DNA of 60,120 nt from Poseidonia sp. (GTDB lineage: Archaea > Thermoplasmatota > Poseidoniia > Poseidoniales > Poseidoniaceae). The position numbers and the translations under genes were made by a program. Where the stretch lies: assembly GCA_030827745.1 (NCBI GenBank), contig JAURDW010000003.1:1-60120 (forward strand), written 5' to 3'. Numbering within the stretch: the first letter of the stretch is position 1; each line of letters starts with the position of its first letter. The notes beneath the pieces are model-generated. The model did no database searches and was not told where the DNA came from. It saw only the letters and a list, made by a program, of their open reading frames with translations. Positions 17,460 to 27,870 of the stretch are shown here, piece after piece.

Positions 17460-17738
17460 TCAGCCCATCACCCTCGCAGCGAGAGCGAGGATGTACGGGA
17501 TGGCGAACAAACCAAAAAAGACAAACATGGCGATTCGGACCGTTTTCTGATTTTTTTCGTCTTTTTCGTTCTGCTCAATGCAGGCTTGTTGTTTGCAGAT
17601 TCGGGGGTCGGCAGCGACCGGAATCGGCTCTTGGCAGATACGGCAATGCTTGTGCGGCGGTACTTTTCCTGCAACGTTCCCGATGAACTGGTTTGCCTTT
17701 TTTGCCGCCATTTCCTTCACTTTCCTCGCATCGACCAC
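17460..17738 (-). CDS. DUF2116-family Zn-ribbon membrane protein
   Basis: VPPHKHCRICQEPIP...CKQQAC followed by a TM helix. Confidence 0.8.
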   Translation of the reverse strand: MVDARKVKEMAAKKANQFIGNVAGKVPPHKHCRICQEPIPVAADPRICKQQACIEQNEKDEKNQKTVRIAMFVFFGLFAIPYILALAARVMG

Positions 17739-17747
17739 GTTTCCACC

Positions 17748-18455
17748 TCATGCCTTGATGACCGTGCCTTCAAACAACGCTCCGTCCAAAGCACTGTCCA
17801 GCCGGGACAGATCTCGCCCGTCCAAGACCGCCAAATCCATTTTCGAATCGGTTGCTACTTGAACCGCCACGGGGTCGACAACAGCCGAAGCACCCGGTTC
17901 GAGCGGCTCACCAATGCCGGTGATGGCGGCCAATTCTTCCAAGGTCAACTCCGTGAGGGCTTCAGCGTCATCATGCTGCCTTGGGTCTTTTGAAAAGACA
18001 TGCGAGACGTTCGTTGCGATGATGCAGTGCCGTGCGTGCACGGCCGCAGCCAGTCGAACGGCGACGGTATCGGTCGTGTGACCTGGAACGGTACCCCCCA
18101 TCACCACCACGTGATGGTCTTCCAGTGCCTGCCGAGCCGCATCAACGGTGTGGGGCACGGTTGGGGCAACGTCGCATCCAATCTCGAGCAGCACTTGCTG
18201 CAGCACAGTAGCGTTGAGCCGCGTGCCCGCGATACCAATTTCGTCCAACCGGCGAGGGTCATTGACGGATGCTCTCGCCAATTCGATTCCTTCACGAGCG
18301 GGCAGGCCACCGCCCACCACAAAGGCGATTTTTCTGCCGTTGCCCTCGAGGTGGACCACAAGCTGCCGGAACTGACCCATCCACATCGTGCGGTCAGCAG
18401 CCTCCTCAGGCCGGAGCAGGCTTCCACCAAGGGCGACCACGTGAACGATGCTCAT
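17748..18455 (-). CDS. pyrH: Uridylate kinase (archaeal)
   Basis: VVALGGSL, VVGGG, DEIGIAGTRLNA, MGGTVPGHTTD, TNVSHVFSKDP, VVDPVA. Confidence 0.92.
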   Translation of the reverse strand: MSIVHVVALGGSLLRPEEAADRTMWMGQFRQLVVHLEGNGRKIAFVVGGGLPAREGIELARASVNDPRRLDEIGIAGTRLNATVLQQVLLEIGCDVAPTVPHTVDAARQALEDHHVVVMGGTVPGHTTDTVAVRLAAAVHARHCIIATNVSHVFSKDPRQHDDAEALTELTLEELAAITGIGEPLEPGASAVVDPVAVQVATDSKMDLAVLDGRDLSRLDSALDGALFEGTVIKA

Positions 18456-18576
18456 GGAGCACCTGCATCGCGGGCGAGTTTTCATCCTATCCCCGGGTCA
18501 TGGCATCGAGAAGAAGTTCGTAGATGTGTGCGAGGTTTGAAGTGCCGCGCCCCGACCCAACCAATGAGGGAAGTCC

Positions 18577-19836
18577 ATGGCAGATGACGCAAAAGTGTCT
18601 GCACGCCGCATGCGGCTCAAACTCGCCCTTGAAGAATTACGGGAAATGAAGGGGTTTGGAACCGAACTCGTCACCCTCATCATCCCACCCGACCGACAAG
18701 TTTCTGACGCTCGCTCCATGCTCCAAAACGAACACGGTCAGGCGGCCAACATCAAGTCAAAAGGCACGCGAAAAAATGTCCAAGGTGCCATTGAATCCGC
18801 CATCTCAACGCTCTCACGCTTCAAGACCCCAGGAGAGCACGGGCTGGCTATTTTTGTGGGCTCAATCATCATCGGCAACAACAAATCTCGCATGGTCAAC
18901 ATCGTGGTCCAAGACCCACCTCAACCCTTGATTTCGTTCCGTTACCGATGCGATTCTCGCTTTGAGTTAACCCAACTGGAGGACATGCTGGTCGACAAAA
19001 AGTCCTACGCCTTGTTCGTCATCGACCGCTCAGAAGCCGCCTACGGTATCGCTTCGGGAAAACGCATTCATGTCCAAGAGCACCTGGTCTCAAACATCAT
19101 GGGCAAACACCGACAAGGCGGTCAATCCGCTCAACGTTTTGAGCGGTTAATCGAGGAGGCAGCCCACAACTTCTTCAAACGAGCCACCGAACACGCATCC
19201 TCCTACTGGCTGCCCAATTTGGAGCACATTCAGGCGGTCATTATCGGTGGACCGGGTGCGACGAAGGATTTCGTGGTCAAGAACGAATACTTCCACCATG
19301 AAATTGCCAAGAAAATTGCAAAAACCACGTTTGACGTTGGGTATTCCAACGAATCGGGCGTACGGGAACTGGTTGAAAATGCTGGCCAACTGATGGGAGA
19401 GATTGAGCTTGACGCAGAGCGTCAAATCATGAACCGATTCCTCACGGAACTTATTCGCACCCACCCCAAGGCGACCTACGGCGAAATGATGATCAAAGAC
19501 GCCCTGAATAAGGGGGCCGTTGATACCCTGCTCATTTCAGAAGGCCTCCGTGGAAACATCGTTGAGTTGGAATGCAAAAAATGTGGTCACGGTGACGAAG
19601 GGTCTTGGGAAGAGCGACTCACTCGGCAACAAGAGTTGCCTGCATGCCCAAACTGTGAGGCATCCAACGACGCCGTTCGAGAACGGTCAAGTGTTTCGTT
19701 CATCGACTCCCTTTCCATGATGGCGGAGGAAAGCAACACCGAAGTCGTCTATATTTCGATTGATACCGAAGAAGGCTCCCAGTTGATTCAAGGCTTTGGA
19801 GGGCTCGCCGCCATCCTCCGGTATCCGCTGATGTGA
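18577..19836 (+). CDS. prf1: Peptide chain release factor aRF1
   Basis: GTELVTL, NIKS, YRCDSRF and GGQS motifs, GFGGLAAILRY. Confidence 0.97.
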   Translation: MADDAKVSARRMRLKLALEELREMKGFGTELVTLIIPPDRQVSDARSMLQNEHGQAANIKSKGTRKNVQGAIESAISTLSRFKTPGEHGLAIFVGSIIIGNNKSRMVNIVVQDPPQPLISFRYRCDSRFELTQLEDMLVDKKSYALFVIDRSEAAYGIASGKRIHVQEHLVSNIMGKHRQGGQSAQRFERLIEEAAHNFFKRATEHASSYWLPNLEHIQAVIIGGPGATKDFVVKNEYFHHEIAKKIAKTTFDVGYSNESGVRELVENAGQLMGEIELDAERQIMNRFLTELIRTHPKATYGEMMIKDALNKGAVDTLLISEGLRGNIVELECKKCGHGDEGSWEERLTRQQELPACPNCEASNDAVRERSSVSFIDSLSMMAEESNTEVVYISIDTEEGSQLIQGFGGLAAILRYPLM

Positions 19837-19845
19837 GGTGAACCG

Positions 19846-21603
19846 ATGCAGTTGCTCAAGACCCATGCACTCCCCTTGGTTCAAGCAGCCTTGCGGTCGA
19901 TTGGCGGCGACCCCAGCCTTGTTGAACGGGTGCTTCAACCCGCACGGGAAGCGGACCAAGGCGACCTGAGCCTACCTTGTTTCCCGTTCGCAAAATCTCT
20001 TGGGAAATCACCCGTAACCATCGCAGAAGACCTCTGTTCAGCCATGGCATCGCACGAAAGCATTGGAGAAATTCACGCCGTCAACGGTTATTTGAACATC
20101 CGAGTGAACCCCGTCTGGCTCGCTCAACGCCTCCTCACCCAAGGCATCGACAACGGGTGCGAGAAGAACGCACGGCGCGTGCTCATTGAGCACACTTCAG
20201 CCAATCCCAACGGACCTTTCCATGTCGGACGAGCACGAAACGCCATCCTCGGCGATACGCTCGTGCGTCTCCAGAGACTCTGGGGCAACGATGTCACGGC
20301 CGAATACTACGTTGATGACATGGGAAAACAGGTGGCGGTGCTTGCGTGGGCCCTCGAGGCCCTCAATCGAGACGAAGTTGAGGCCTTGCTCGAAGACAGG
20401 GAGGTCCCCAACCCCATGTGGGCCTCAAAACCTGACCACCAACGCGTCCGTTGGTATCAAGCCGCCCAACGGTTGAGAAAGGAAAGCGATGATGCACCGG
20501 AAATTGAACGGGCCATTGGCGAATTGGTCCACGCCAGCGAAAACGGGGACGAAGGTGTCCTCGAACAATTCGAGGCGGCTTACCAACCGGTTCTTGACGG
20601 CATGCTGGCCACCCTTGGCCGCCTCGGTATTGCCTACGACCGATTCACGAAGGAATCGGTCTTCGTGACCAACGGCGACGTAGCGGCGCTGATGGAAGAA
20701 TTGGGTGCTTTGGAAATCAACGGCCATGCTGAGAACGGAGCGCAGTACCTTGATTTGGGTCAGCGAGGACTCAAGGGGAAAACCGAGTTTTTCTACAGGC
20801 GTGGAGACGGTTCCTCGCTCTATGCAACCCGAGACATTGCCTACCACCGGTGGAAGTGGACCCAATGCAACGAACTGATCAACGTTCTTGGAGAAGACCA
20901 CAAACTGCAAGCACAGCAGGTTGGGTTGACCCTTGAGGAATTGGGGGCACGACGCCCGGAAGTGATGTTTTACTCCTTCATCAAGTTGCCCGAGGGGAAA
21001 ATGTCAACTCGGCAAGGCAACGTGGTGTTCATGGACGACCTGCTTGAAGAAGCAAAAGCCCAAGCCGCTGCGGTGGTGACCGAACGACGCCCCGAGTACG
21101 ACATGGAGACCGTGGCGACCATCGCTGAGGCGGTGGGTACCTCGGCCGTCCGTTTCAACATCGTGAACGTGAGTCCCGAAAAAGGATTTACGTTTCGCTG
21201 GGAAGACGCCCTGAGTTTTGAGGCCGGTTCAGCCCCCTTTGTCATGTACAGCCACACTCGCGCCTGCTCCATTCGAGCGAAGGTCCTCCAGCAACTGAAC
21301 GGAGCAAAACCACCAACATCGTACGAAATCACCGAGTCCATGCCCGAAGGTTTGGTCCAACTCCTCAGAACGCTCGCTTTGCACGATGATGGCCTCGAAA
21401 AGGTGATTCGGGAACACCGGCCTCACCTCTACGCAGAATACATTCTGCACCTTTCCAATGCGTACAATGGATTCTATAGAGACTGTCATGTCCTCGGAGA
21501 AGACGGCGTCAATGCGTTTTATTTCGCCGTTTCCGAACTCGCCCGCTCAACATTGAAGAGCGGCATGGAAGCCTTGGGGATTCAACCGCTTGAGACGATG
21601 TGA
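19846..21603 (+). CDS. argS: Arginine--tRNA ligase
   Basis: EHTSANPNGPFHVGRARNAILGD, YATRDIAYH, KMSTRQG, APFVMYSHTRACSI. Confidence 0.96.
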   Translation: MQLLKTHALPLVQAALRSIGGDPSLVERVLQPAREADQGDLSLPCFPFAKSLGKSPVTIAEDLCSAMASHESIGEIHAVNGYLNIRVNPVWLAQRLLTQGIDNGCEKNARRVLIEHTSANPNGPFHVGRARNAILGDTLVRLQRLWGNDVTAEYYVDDMGKQVAVLAWALEALNRDEVEALLEDREVPNPMWASKPDHQRVRWYQAAQRLRKESDDAPEIERAIGELVHASENGDEGVLEQFEAAYQPVLDGMLATLGRLGIAYDRFTKESVFVTNGDVAALMEELGALEINGHAENGAQYLDLGQRGLKGKTEFFYRRGDGSSLYATRDIAYHRWKWTQCNELINVLGEDHKLQAQQVGLTLEELGARRPEVMFYSFIKLPEGKMSTRQGNVVFMDDLLEEAKAQAAAVVTERRPEYDMETVATIAEAVGTSAVRFNIVNVSPEKGFTFRWEDALSFEAGSAPFVMYSHTRACSIRAKVLQQLNGAKPPTSYEITESMPEGLVQLLRTLALHDDGLEKVIREHRPHLYAEYILHLSNAYNGFYRDCHVLGEDGVNAFYFAVSELARSTLKSGMEALGIQPLETM

Positions 21604-22719
21604 TCACAGGTCGTGGCGGTACCAGCCTTCGGGCAATTCCATGGGGTTGTTTGGCCGAGCCGCTTTGACTTGCCGAACAATTTCCAAACGCATAGCGTCC
21701 AATCCAACGTTTTCCGTTGCTGACAAACACACCCTGCCTGACGGGTCGAAAAGAAGCGGCAATTCAGGCTCGCCGATTGAGCCGGCGTCCCGCCATTCTG
21801 CCTCTGCTGAGGCAACTTCTTCCCACATCGTTGGAAGCGGATTGAGCAAGTCGGCCTTTGAACTGACCATCATCAAGTTGGTTTCGGGAAGAAGGGTTTG
21901 CACTTCCTCGAGGAGGTTCATTTGTTCGCTGATGGGGGTTCCGCAGGATTCACTTTCATCCACCAAAAAGAGCACAAGTGAACCGATGTGTTCGAGGGCG
22001 GCGATGGCTTGCATTTCGATATGGTTTCGCTCCTCCATCGGACGGTCAAGAAGACCCGGGGTGTCCACCATTTGGTATTGGAGACGCCTGTGGGTGAAGT
22101 GCCCAACGTGGATTTGTTTGGTGGTGAACGGATAATGATTGACCTCCATCTTGCCTGTGCTGAGGGCAGAGATGAAAGCCGATTTCCCGACGTTTGGGGC
22201 ACCGCAAACAACAATGCAAGGGGAAACCGGGTCAATCTTCGGTAGCCGTTTCAGCGTTTCACGAGCCTCGCTTAACCACGTCAAGGCTGGACCAACCTGA
22301 CGCATGATGGAGGAGATGCGCCCGTAAGCTTCTCTTCGAGCCTCGTGCATCAAATCCGTTCGACCCGTTCGAATGATTTTCTTGGCGTTTTGTGAGGCAA
22401 TCCGTTGCACTTGGCCGGCAGCCCATTGAAGGGTTGCCAGGTTTTTCCGGTATTCATCGCAACCGACACAGGCGTCGATCATGGCCACGTCAAAGAGGGG
22501 CGACCGGTCCAAAGAAGGCCATGCAGCCACCAATTCTTGAAATTCTGTGGCGATGATGTCTGCTGCGGTTTGGACCATTCGCGTCATTTGTTTGCGGACG
22601 CGGAAGGTGCGGTCCGGGTCATCAACCCGGTCAGCGGCCTTCTTTGCCCGGGAGAACGCCTTGTCGAGAACCTCGTCCTCCAACAAAACCGTTGTCAGCG
22701 TTCGCCACGAGACATTCAT
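21604..22719 (-). CDS. NOG1-family GTP-binding protein
   Basis: GAPNVGKS, YPFTTK, DTPGLLDRP, SKADL. Confidence 0.92.
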   Translation of the reverse strand: MNVSWRTLTTVLLEDEVLDKAFSRAKKAADRVDDPDRTFRVRKQMTRMVQTAADIIATEFQELVAAWPSLDRSPLFDVAMIDACVGCDEYRKNLATLQWAAGQVQRIASQNAKKIIRTGRTDLMHEARREAYGRISSIMRQVGPALTWLSEARETLKRLPKIDPVSPCIVVCGAPNVGKSAFISALSTGKMEVNHYPFTTKQIHVGHFTHRRLQYQMVDTPGLLDRPMEERNHIEMQAIAALEHIGSLVLFLVDESESCGTPISEQMNLLEEVQTLLPETNLMMVSSKADLLNPLPTMWEEVASAEAEWRDAGSIGEPELPLLFDPSGRVCLSATENVGLDAMRLEIVRQVKAARPNNPMELPEGWYRHDL

Positions 22720-22830
22720 GTCAAGACCTCATTCCCCACCCCAACCTCACCCCTAAAAGAATCCATCCGTCAAGCAGGTCCTCGCCAAAGCAAAGGGGAG
22801 GTTCAAGTACGCTCGCCGATTCCAAAGAAC

Positions 22831-23271
22831 ATGGCGAAGAAAGGAAAGGTCACCTTGCCGGACTGGGCAAAACCAATGTGGAAAGACATGGGCAGTCCCG
22901 ACCTTGAGGGCTTGGCCCCCGTGCACAACGGGGACTTGCTTGAACGTCGCCAAGGGCTGCGACGCGACGATTTCATTGAAGTCCAGATGAATGTCCAAGC
23001 CTTCGCAAATCCAGAAGACGCTTTTCTTCGCGGACGCCTCATTGCCAGTGGAAAAAGCAGTCTTGAGGTCCTCGATGAGGAGGGAAGGAGCCACTTCGTT
23101 TCTCGAGAAATCATCGTTCACGTTCAACTTGTGGCCCACACCCGGCCCGCATACATCGACGACAAAGAGTTGCTTGCGTTTGAGCGGGAAGACATGAAGC
23201 GGCGTTCCAAACTCCACGAAAAGGTCGAGAAGGAAACCACCGGCAACGACGACTCCCACCTCTGGGGGTGA
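22831..23271 (+). CDS. Conserved-looking hypothetical protein (possible Sm/SH3-like beta-barrel)
   Basis: 146 aa from ATG 22831; LRGRLIASGKSSLEVLDEEGRSHFVSREIIVHVQL beta pattern; first gene of a tight 3-gene run. Confidence 0.7.
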   Translation: MAKKGKVTLPDWAKPMWKDMGSPDLEGLAPVHNGDLLERRQGLRRDDFIEVQMNVQAFANPEDAFLRGRLIASGKSSLEVLDEEGRSHFVSREIIVHVQLVAHTRPAYIDDKELLAFEREDMKRRSKLHEKVEKETTGNDDSHLWG

Positions 23272-23275
23272 GACG

Positions 23276-23527
23276 ATGAAAGCCCCGCAAGGCTGGGCCG
23301 TGGTCGAAAACCGGCTCATGAGAGAGTTTGCCTTTCCTGACTTCAAAGAAGCGAAAGCCTTTGTCGACCTTGTCAGCGACCTTTGCGAAGCCATGGACCA
23401 CCATGCAGAATTGCACTTCGGGTGGGGGTATGCCGTGGTAGAAACCTTCAGCCATGATGCACAGGGCATCACGCAACGCGACCTGGACTTGGCCTCCGCC
23501 ATCAACAAAGCGGAGGGAAGCGAATGA
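23276..23527 (+). CDS. Pterin-4-alpha-carbinolamine dehydratase
   Basis: LMREFAFPDFKEA...MDHHAEL...TFSHDAQGITQRDLDLA. Confidence 0.9.
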   Translation: MKAPQGWAVVENRLMREFAFPDFKEAKAFVDLVSDLCEAMDHHAELHFGWGYAVVETFSHDAQGITQRDLDLASAINKAEGSE

Positions 23528-23862
23528 CCAGCGACCCCAAAGGTCGTATTCAACCTGGTTTTGTCCGCCACGCCTTCGTTTGCGGCCACGAACGCCAAGA
23601 AGGTGCAACACGACCCTCATGCCTTCCAAAAGGGAGTCTTGACCTCATGCGGGAACTCAAGAAAGCGGTAAAAGAAGCCGGCCTTCGCGAGGTCCGCGTC
23701 CAAAAATCGGGATGCCTCGACCATTGTGAACAAGGACCTACGTGCGTGATTTACCCTGAAGGAACCTGGTATTCTCTCAAAGATGCGCAAGCGATGGATG
23801 CGGTGATTCACCACCTCAAAACCGGAACGGTGGACCCAACCAAAACCCTCGTCATGGACTAA
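23524..23862 (+). CDS. Thioredoxin-like [2Fe-2S] ferredoxin
   Basis: HAFVCGHER...SC...KSGCLDHCEQGPTCVIYPEGTWY. Confidence 0.92.
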   Translation: MTSDPKGRIQPGFVRHAFVCGHERQEGATRPSCLPKGSLDLMRELKKAVKEAGLREVRVQKSGCLDHCEQGPTCVIYPEGTWYSLKDAQAMDAVIHHLKTGTVDPTKTLVMD

Positions 23863-23865
23863 GCT

Positions 23866-24276
23866 TCAAAGTTTGACTGGACGGGTTGCACCGCACGCCT
23901 GACACTTGAGGAGGGTCGTTCGGTCTTCCTTGATGAAGTGGGTATCAGGGGCTGCACACTGGCTGCATTTGATGTAAGTGTTCACGTAATTTGCGATGGT
24001 TCCTTTGATGCGCTTTGGTGGGATTCGACCCTTGAACCGGGCACGTGGCCCATCTCGTGACCCAGATGTTCCCAATTCGTTGAGAATAAACTGGTAAACA
24101 TGGTTTTCATCACGGTCCATCATGGAAACGACCTCGTTGAAGTTTCGAAAGATCGTGTTGGACCCCTCGATCATAATCTGAGGCGCAGGCAACCGCCATC
24201 GAGACTTTGACGAGATTTCTTCGGGAATGTTTTCCCGAGCACGGTCAAGCAGTGCTTCGTAGTCAAAGTCGCCCAT
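23866..24276 (-). CDS. eif2b: Translation initiation factor 2 subunit beta
   Basis: DYEALLDRA...TIFRNF...YIKCSQCAAPDT...CQACGA. Confidence 0.96.
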   Translation of the reverse strand: MGDFDYEALLDRARENIPEEISSKSRWRLPAPQIMIEGSNTIFRNFNEVVSMMDRDENHVYQFILNELGTSGSRDGPRARFKGRIPPKRIKGTIANYVNTYIKCSQCAAPDTHFIKEDRTTLLKCQACGATRPVKL

Positions 24277-24373
24277 GATTCCCGCCCACGCTCCCCACCT
24301 TCAAGACTTTCGCCCAGCACATCGGGGCAGGAAAGCATTGATGAGCAGGCTTCAGCAGGCATGGGCGAGAGCC

Positions 24374-24958
24374 ATGGTCTTGAGCATCGAAGAACTGAAA
24401 GTGCTGGCCTCGAACCTCCGAAAGGAAGGTTTGAACACCCAGCAAATTGCTGACGAACTCTCGTTGTCCCAGGACACCATCACTTGGCTGCTCACAGGAA
24501 CCGGAGGGACCGACCGCCCAAGCGATGTTCGCATTGGGTGGAGAACGCTTGGTGTTCGCCCGCAACGCATCGCCGCCGTGGGCAGCATCATGGCCGATGT
24601 GGCTGACGAAGAGGTCGGGTACGACGATATTGACACGGTTGTGGGCATTTCAATCAACGGCATTGCATTTGCCTATGAGGTTGCTCGAACGCTTGAGTCC
24701 GACGTGACCGTCTTCAGGACCACCGACGAAGGGACAGGAAACGGTTCTCTTTCCAACAAGTACGGGCAAGTCGCAGGGAAGCGAGTTCTCATCATCGACG
24801 ATGTGTTGTCTTCTGGTGTGACGATGTCAAAAACCATCGAAGCCATTCGGGGAGCGGGCGGCGAGGTCGCTCTCGCCATCGTTCTCGTGAACAAAACCAC
24901 GAGGAACGAAATCGATGACGTGCCGCTTCGTGGATTGATTCGGGCCGTCGCCGTTTGA
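24374..24958 (+). CDS. HTH + PRTase-fold PyrE-like protein (GfcR-type regulator family)
   Basis: N-terminal HTH GLNTQQIADELSLSQDTITWLL; PRPP motif RVLIIDDVLSSGVT. Confidence 0.88.
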   Translation: MVLSIEELKVLASNLRKEGLNTQQIADELSLSQDTITWLLTGTGGTDRPSDVRIGWRTLGVRPQRIAAVGSIMADVADEEVGYDDIDTVVGISINGIAFAYEVARTLESDVTVFRTTDEGTGNGSLSNKYGQVAGKRVLIIDDVLSSGVTMSKTIEAIRGAGGEVALAIVLVNKTTRNEIDDVPLRGLIRAVAV

Positions 24959-24959
24959 G

Positions 24960-26570
24960 GTGAATCAAGTGCATTGGAGCGATGTGATGGCCCAACGCCT
25001 CGCAGAGCGGGGACAGGATCACATCGTGGCAACCGGCATCACGCCAAGCGGTGAATTCCACATCGGCCACCTCCGTGAAATTCTCACGGGCGACATGATT
25101 GTCCGAGCGGCCCGAAAAGCCGGCCTCAAGGCGCAATTGGTTTTCGTTGTGGACAATGCGGACCCTCTCCGGAAGGTCTACCCCTTTCTGAGCGATGCAT
25201 ACCAAGCGTTCATCGGCCACCAACTCGGTTCAATACCCGCCCCCGACAACGACGGCCATCCGGATTGGAAGCGCTTCGAGACCGAGGGCAGAAGTTACGC
25301 CGACCACTTCCTCGAGCCTTTTCTTGAGGCCTTGGCGCAAATCGGCGTTCACCCAACGTTGTTGCCCAACCTTGATGCCTACCAATCGGGAAAATTTGCC
25401 GCATCAACGAAACGGGCTTGCGACGACCCGGCGGCGATTCGAGAAATTATAGAACGGGTCTCTGGAAGGGAACTTCCCGAAAGTTGGTTCCCATGGCAAC
25501 CGCTTGACTCCCAAGGATCGCTCGATGGCGTTTCCGTGACCGGTTACGAGTACCCACTCGTGCATTGGACCGACGCCCACGGTGTCGAGGGGAGTTCTGA
25601 CATCACGAAAGGGGAAGGAAAGTTGCCGTGGCGCCTTGATTGGCCTGCAAAATGGGGCTTTAACGGCATCACCTGCGAACCCTTCGGCAAAGACCACGGT
25701 GCAGCAGGTGGGTCGTACGATACGGGGAAAGAAATCGCCCGGTTTTTCGGCCACGAACCTCCCCTCCCGCTTACCTACGAGTGGATCAGCCTTCGAGGTC
25801 AAGGTGCAATGTCATCTTCAACAGGCAACACCGTTGGCCCCATTGAGGCGTTGGCCTTGGTACCACCCGAAATTTTGCGCTTCTTGATTGCGAATTCAAA
25901 ACCCAACAAAGCCATTGAATTTGATACGGGGATGGGCCTGGTCAATCTAGCCGATGAATTTGAGCGGTGGTCCGCACGTGATTTGGAGGCTGAACTCAGC
26001 GATGCATCCCTCAGCCGACGGCAACGGGTCCAACTCGAAGACAGTGCAGCAGCCTTGGCCTTGGCCTCTCCCGACATTGAGAAGGCCGTCTCTGCAACCT
26101 CGGTGAGTTTCCGCCATTTGGCCTTGCTGGCCCAAATCAAAACCAGCGATGCCGAGGTGTGGGCAAGCCTTGCCGCATCCCACAATGTTGAGGACCCAAC
26201 CGACGAGCTCCGGGACCGTCTGCGTCGCATGCGAACATGGATTGACTCGACCCACTTCCCCGAGGAAATGCGCATCACGGTGCTCTCAACGCCATCGAAG
26301 CAGGCCTTGGAGGCATTGAGCCCTGAATTACGGCCAGTGATTAAACACTTGCATGTTGCGCTGAGCGACCATCCTTGGACAAATGAAGGCATCACGGCAG
26401 CGTTCAAATTTGCTGCTGAATCCTCCCAGACCAGCATGCGTCAACTGTACCGGACATGTTACGCCGTGTTCATGGGTCAGGAACGTGGCCCTCGTCTCGG
26501 CCCCATTCTTGCCAATTGTGACCGAACAACCATGCTCGATTTGACGTTGGCGTGCAGCCAAATGGTTTGA
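24960..26570 (+). CDS. lysS: Lysine--tRNA ligase, class I
   Basis: HWSD, TGITPSGEFHIGHLRE, KLPWRLDWPAKW, EPFGKDH, MSSSTG, GPRLGP. Confidence 0.96.
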   Translation: MNQVHWSDVMAQRLAERGQDHIVATGITPSGEFHIGHLREILTGDMIVRAARKAGLKAQLVFVVDNADPLRKVYPFLSDAYQAFIGHQLGSIPAPDNDGHPDWKRFETEGRSYADHFLEPFLEALAQIGVHPTLLPNLDAYQSGKFAASTKRACDDPAAIREIIERVSGRELPESWFPWQPLDSQGSLDGVSVTGYEYPLVHWTDAHGVEGSSDITKGEGKLPWRLDWPAKWGFNGITCEPFGKDHGAAGGSYDTGKEIARFFGHEPPLPLTYEWISLRGQGAMSSSTGNTVGPIEALALVPPEILRFLIANSKPNKAIEFDTGMGLVNLADEFERWSARDLEAELSDASLSRRQRVQLEDSAAALALASPDIEKAVSATSVSFRHLALLAQIKTSDAEVWASLAASHNVEDPTDELRDRLRRMRTWIDSTHFPEEMRITVLSTPSKQALEALSPELRPVIKHLHVALSDHPWTNEGITAAFKFAAESSQTSMRQLYRTCYAVFMGQERGPRLGPILANCDRTTMLDLTLACSQMV

Positions 26571-26655
26571 TGCGTTTCTCCCGTAGCCAAAGAATTCGGC
26601 TGATGGATAAAAATGAAACACACCCTTCAAAAGGTGTCAGCACTCTTGTGCGGAC

Positions 26656-27843
26656 ATGGGAGGAGTCTATTGCCCGACCTGCGAAGCAGGCGTGGAAGTA
26701 ACCGCCACATTCTGTCTTTCCTGCGGCCACGACTTGACCCTGCAAGGGCCCATCACCGCCACCGGTCACGACTTGAACCAACTGAAAGACGTGATTCGTC
26801 TTCGAGACGACCTCTCGATGGCTCAAAAATTTGACATGATCGCACAGGTGGAGACCGGTGCAGACCCGATTGCCCTCGGCATTGCAGCCGCCGGCGACGA
26901 CCACGATGACGGAGGGACAGACGAAGCGTTCTCTGCAACCGCCGAGGTCGCCCCTGGCCTTCGCACCACCCAGTGGAACCACAAAGCTGCTGATGCTGCT
27001 GTTGAACTCGCTGCGACTGGAACCACGCTTGGTCAACTGAAAAAAGGCGGTGCATTCAATGAAGTTGATGACCTTTTCAAGGAGGCCATGGACATTGGGA
27101 GGACGGCAACGTTGCACCTTCTCGAAGTGGCCCAAGGGGCGGTGTTACCAGCCAACGATGCATTGCAATCCATTCCCGTGCTTCAACCTCCAACCAAGAG
27201 TTTCTGTCCCAAGTGCGGGTCCGACATCCACGCCAACGCCATGCTTCAGTGGAAGAAATGGACGGACATGTCAACCGACGCTCTCGTCATTCAACTTGAA
27301 GCAGCCATGCAAGCATCAATGATGCACGTCGCTGCCTCGTACCAAGCGACCATTCGCGAGTTGAAGGACCAACTCAGCGATGCTGAAGAACGGGCAAAAA
27401 GCACACCTTCCCTCGCTTCCAAATCAGCATCCTCGACCCCGAATGCCGGGGCAAAGAGTGCAGAGAATAAGAAAATCCCTGAAAAGGAAAAGACGCCAGC
27501 CTCGGTCGATCCCAAGCCAGCAGAAAAGAAGGAAACCAAGGCGAAACCCAAACCAAAAGCAGGAGGGTTGTTCGGGGCAAAGAAGCCGAAGAAGACATAC
27601 GATGGAGAACCTGGAGGCAAAGCAGAATGGTTCCTCGCCGAAGCACTTGACACGGTGTATGACCCTCACGGCACAGGGAAACCCATCAAAGGGGCCATGA
27701 TTCTCGCCCGCTCATCCGAGGGCAACGTTCGCGTCCGCGACGTTGTCCGCACGTACGCCGCTGAGGGCGAAGGTGGCATTTCCGAACTGGCATGGACAAG
27801 TCCGCTCACGAAGTACCTCATCGAAGCATACGATGCATGCTGA
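26656..27843 (+). CDS. Hypothetical Zn-ribbon protein with coiled coil and Lys/Pro-rich linker
   Basis: CPTC...CLSCG at the N-terminus, internal CPKCG, predicted coiled coil, KPK-rich region. Confidence 0.75.
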   Translation: MGGVYCPTCEAGVEVTATFCLSCGHDLTLQGPITATGHDLNQLKDVIRLRDDLSMAQKFDMIAQVETGADPIALGIAAAGDDHDDGGTDEAFSATAEVAPGLRTTQWNHKAADAAVELAATGTTLGQLKKGGAFNEVDDLFKEAMDIGRTATLHLLEVAQGAVLPANDALQSIPVLQPPTKSFCPKCGSDIHANAMLQWKKWTDMSTDALVIQLEAAMQASMMHVAASYQATIRELKDQLSDAEERAKSTPSLASKSASSTPNAGAKSAENKKIPEKEKTPASVDPKPAEKKETKAKPKPKAGGLFGAKKPKKTYDGEPGGKAEWFLAEALDTVYDPHGTGKPIKGAMILARSSEGNVRVRDVVRTYAAEGEGGISELAWTSPLTKYLIEAYDAC

Positions 27844-27870
27844 TGTTACCCGTCGTAGCCCAAGAGCGGA

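Noticed and set aside
19560-19680. CxxC...CxxC insert in the aRF1 C-domain
   Set aside because: A Zn-ribbon mini-domain is a known variable feature of archaeal aRF1
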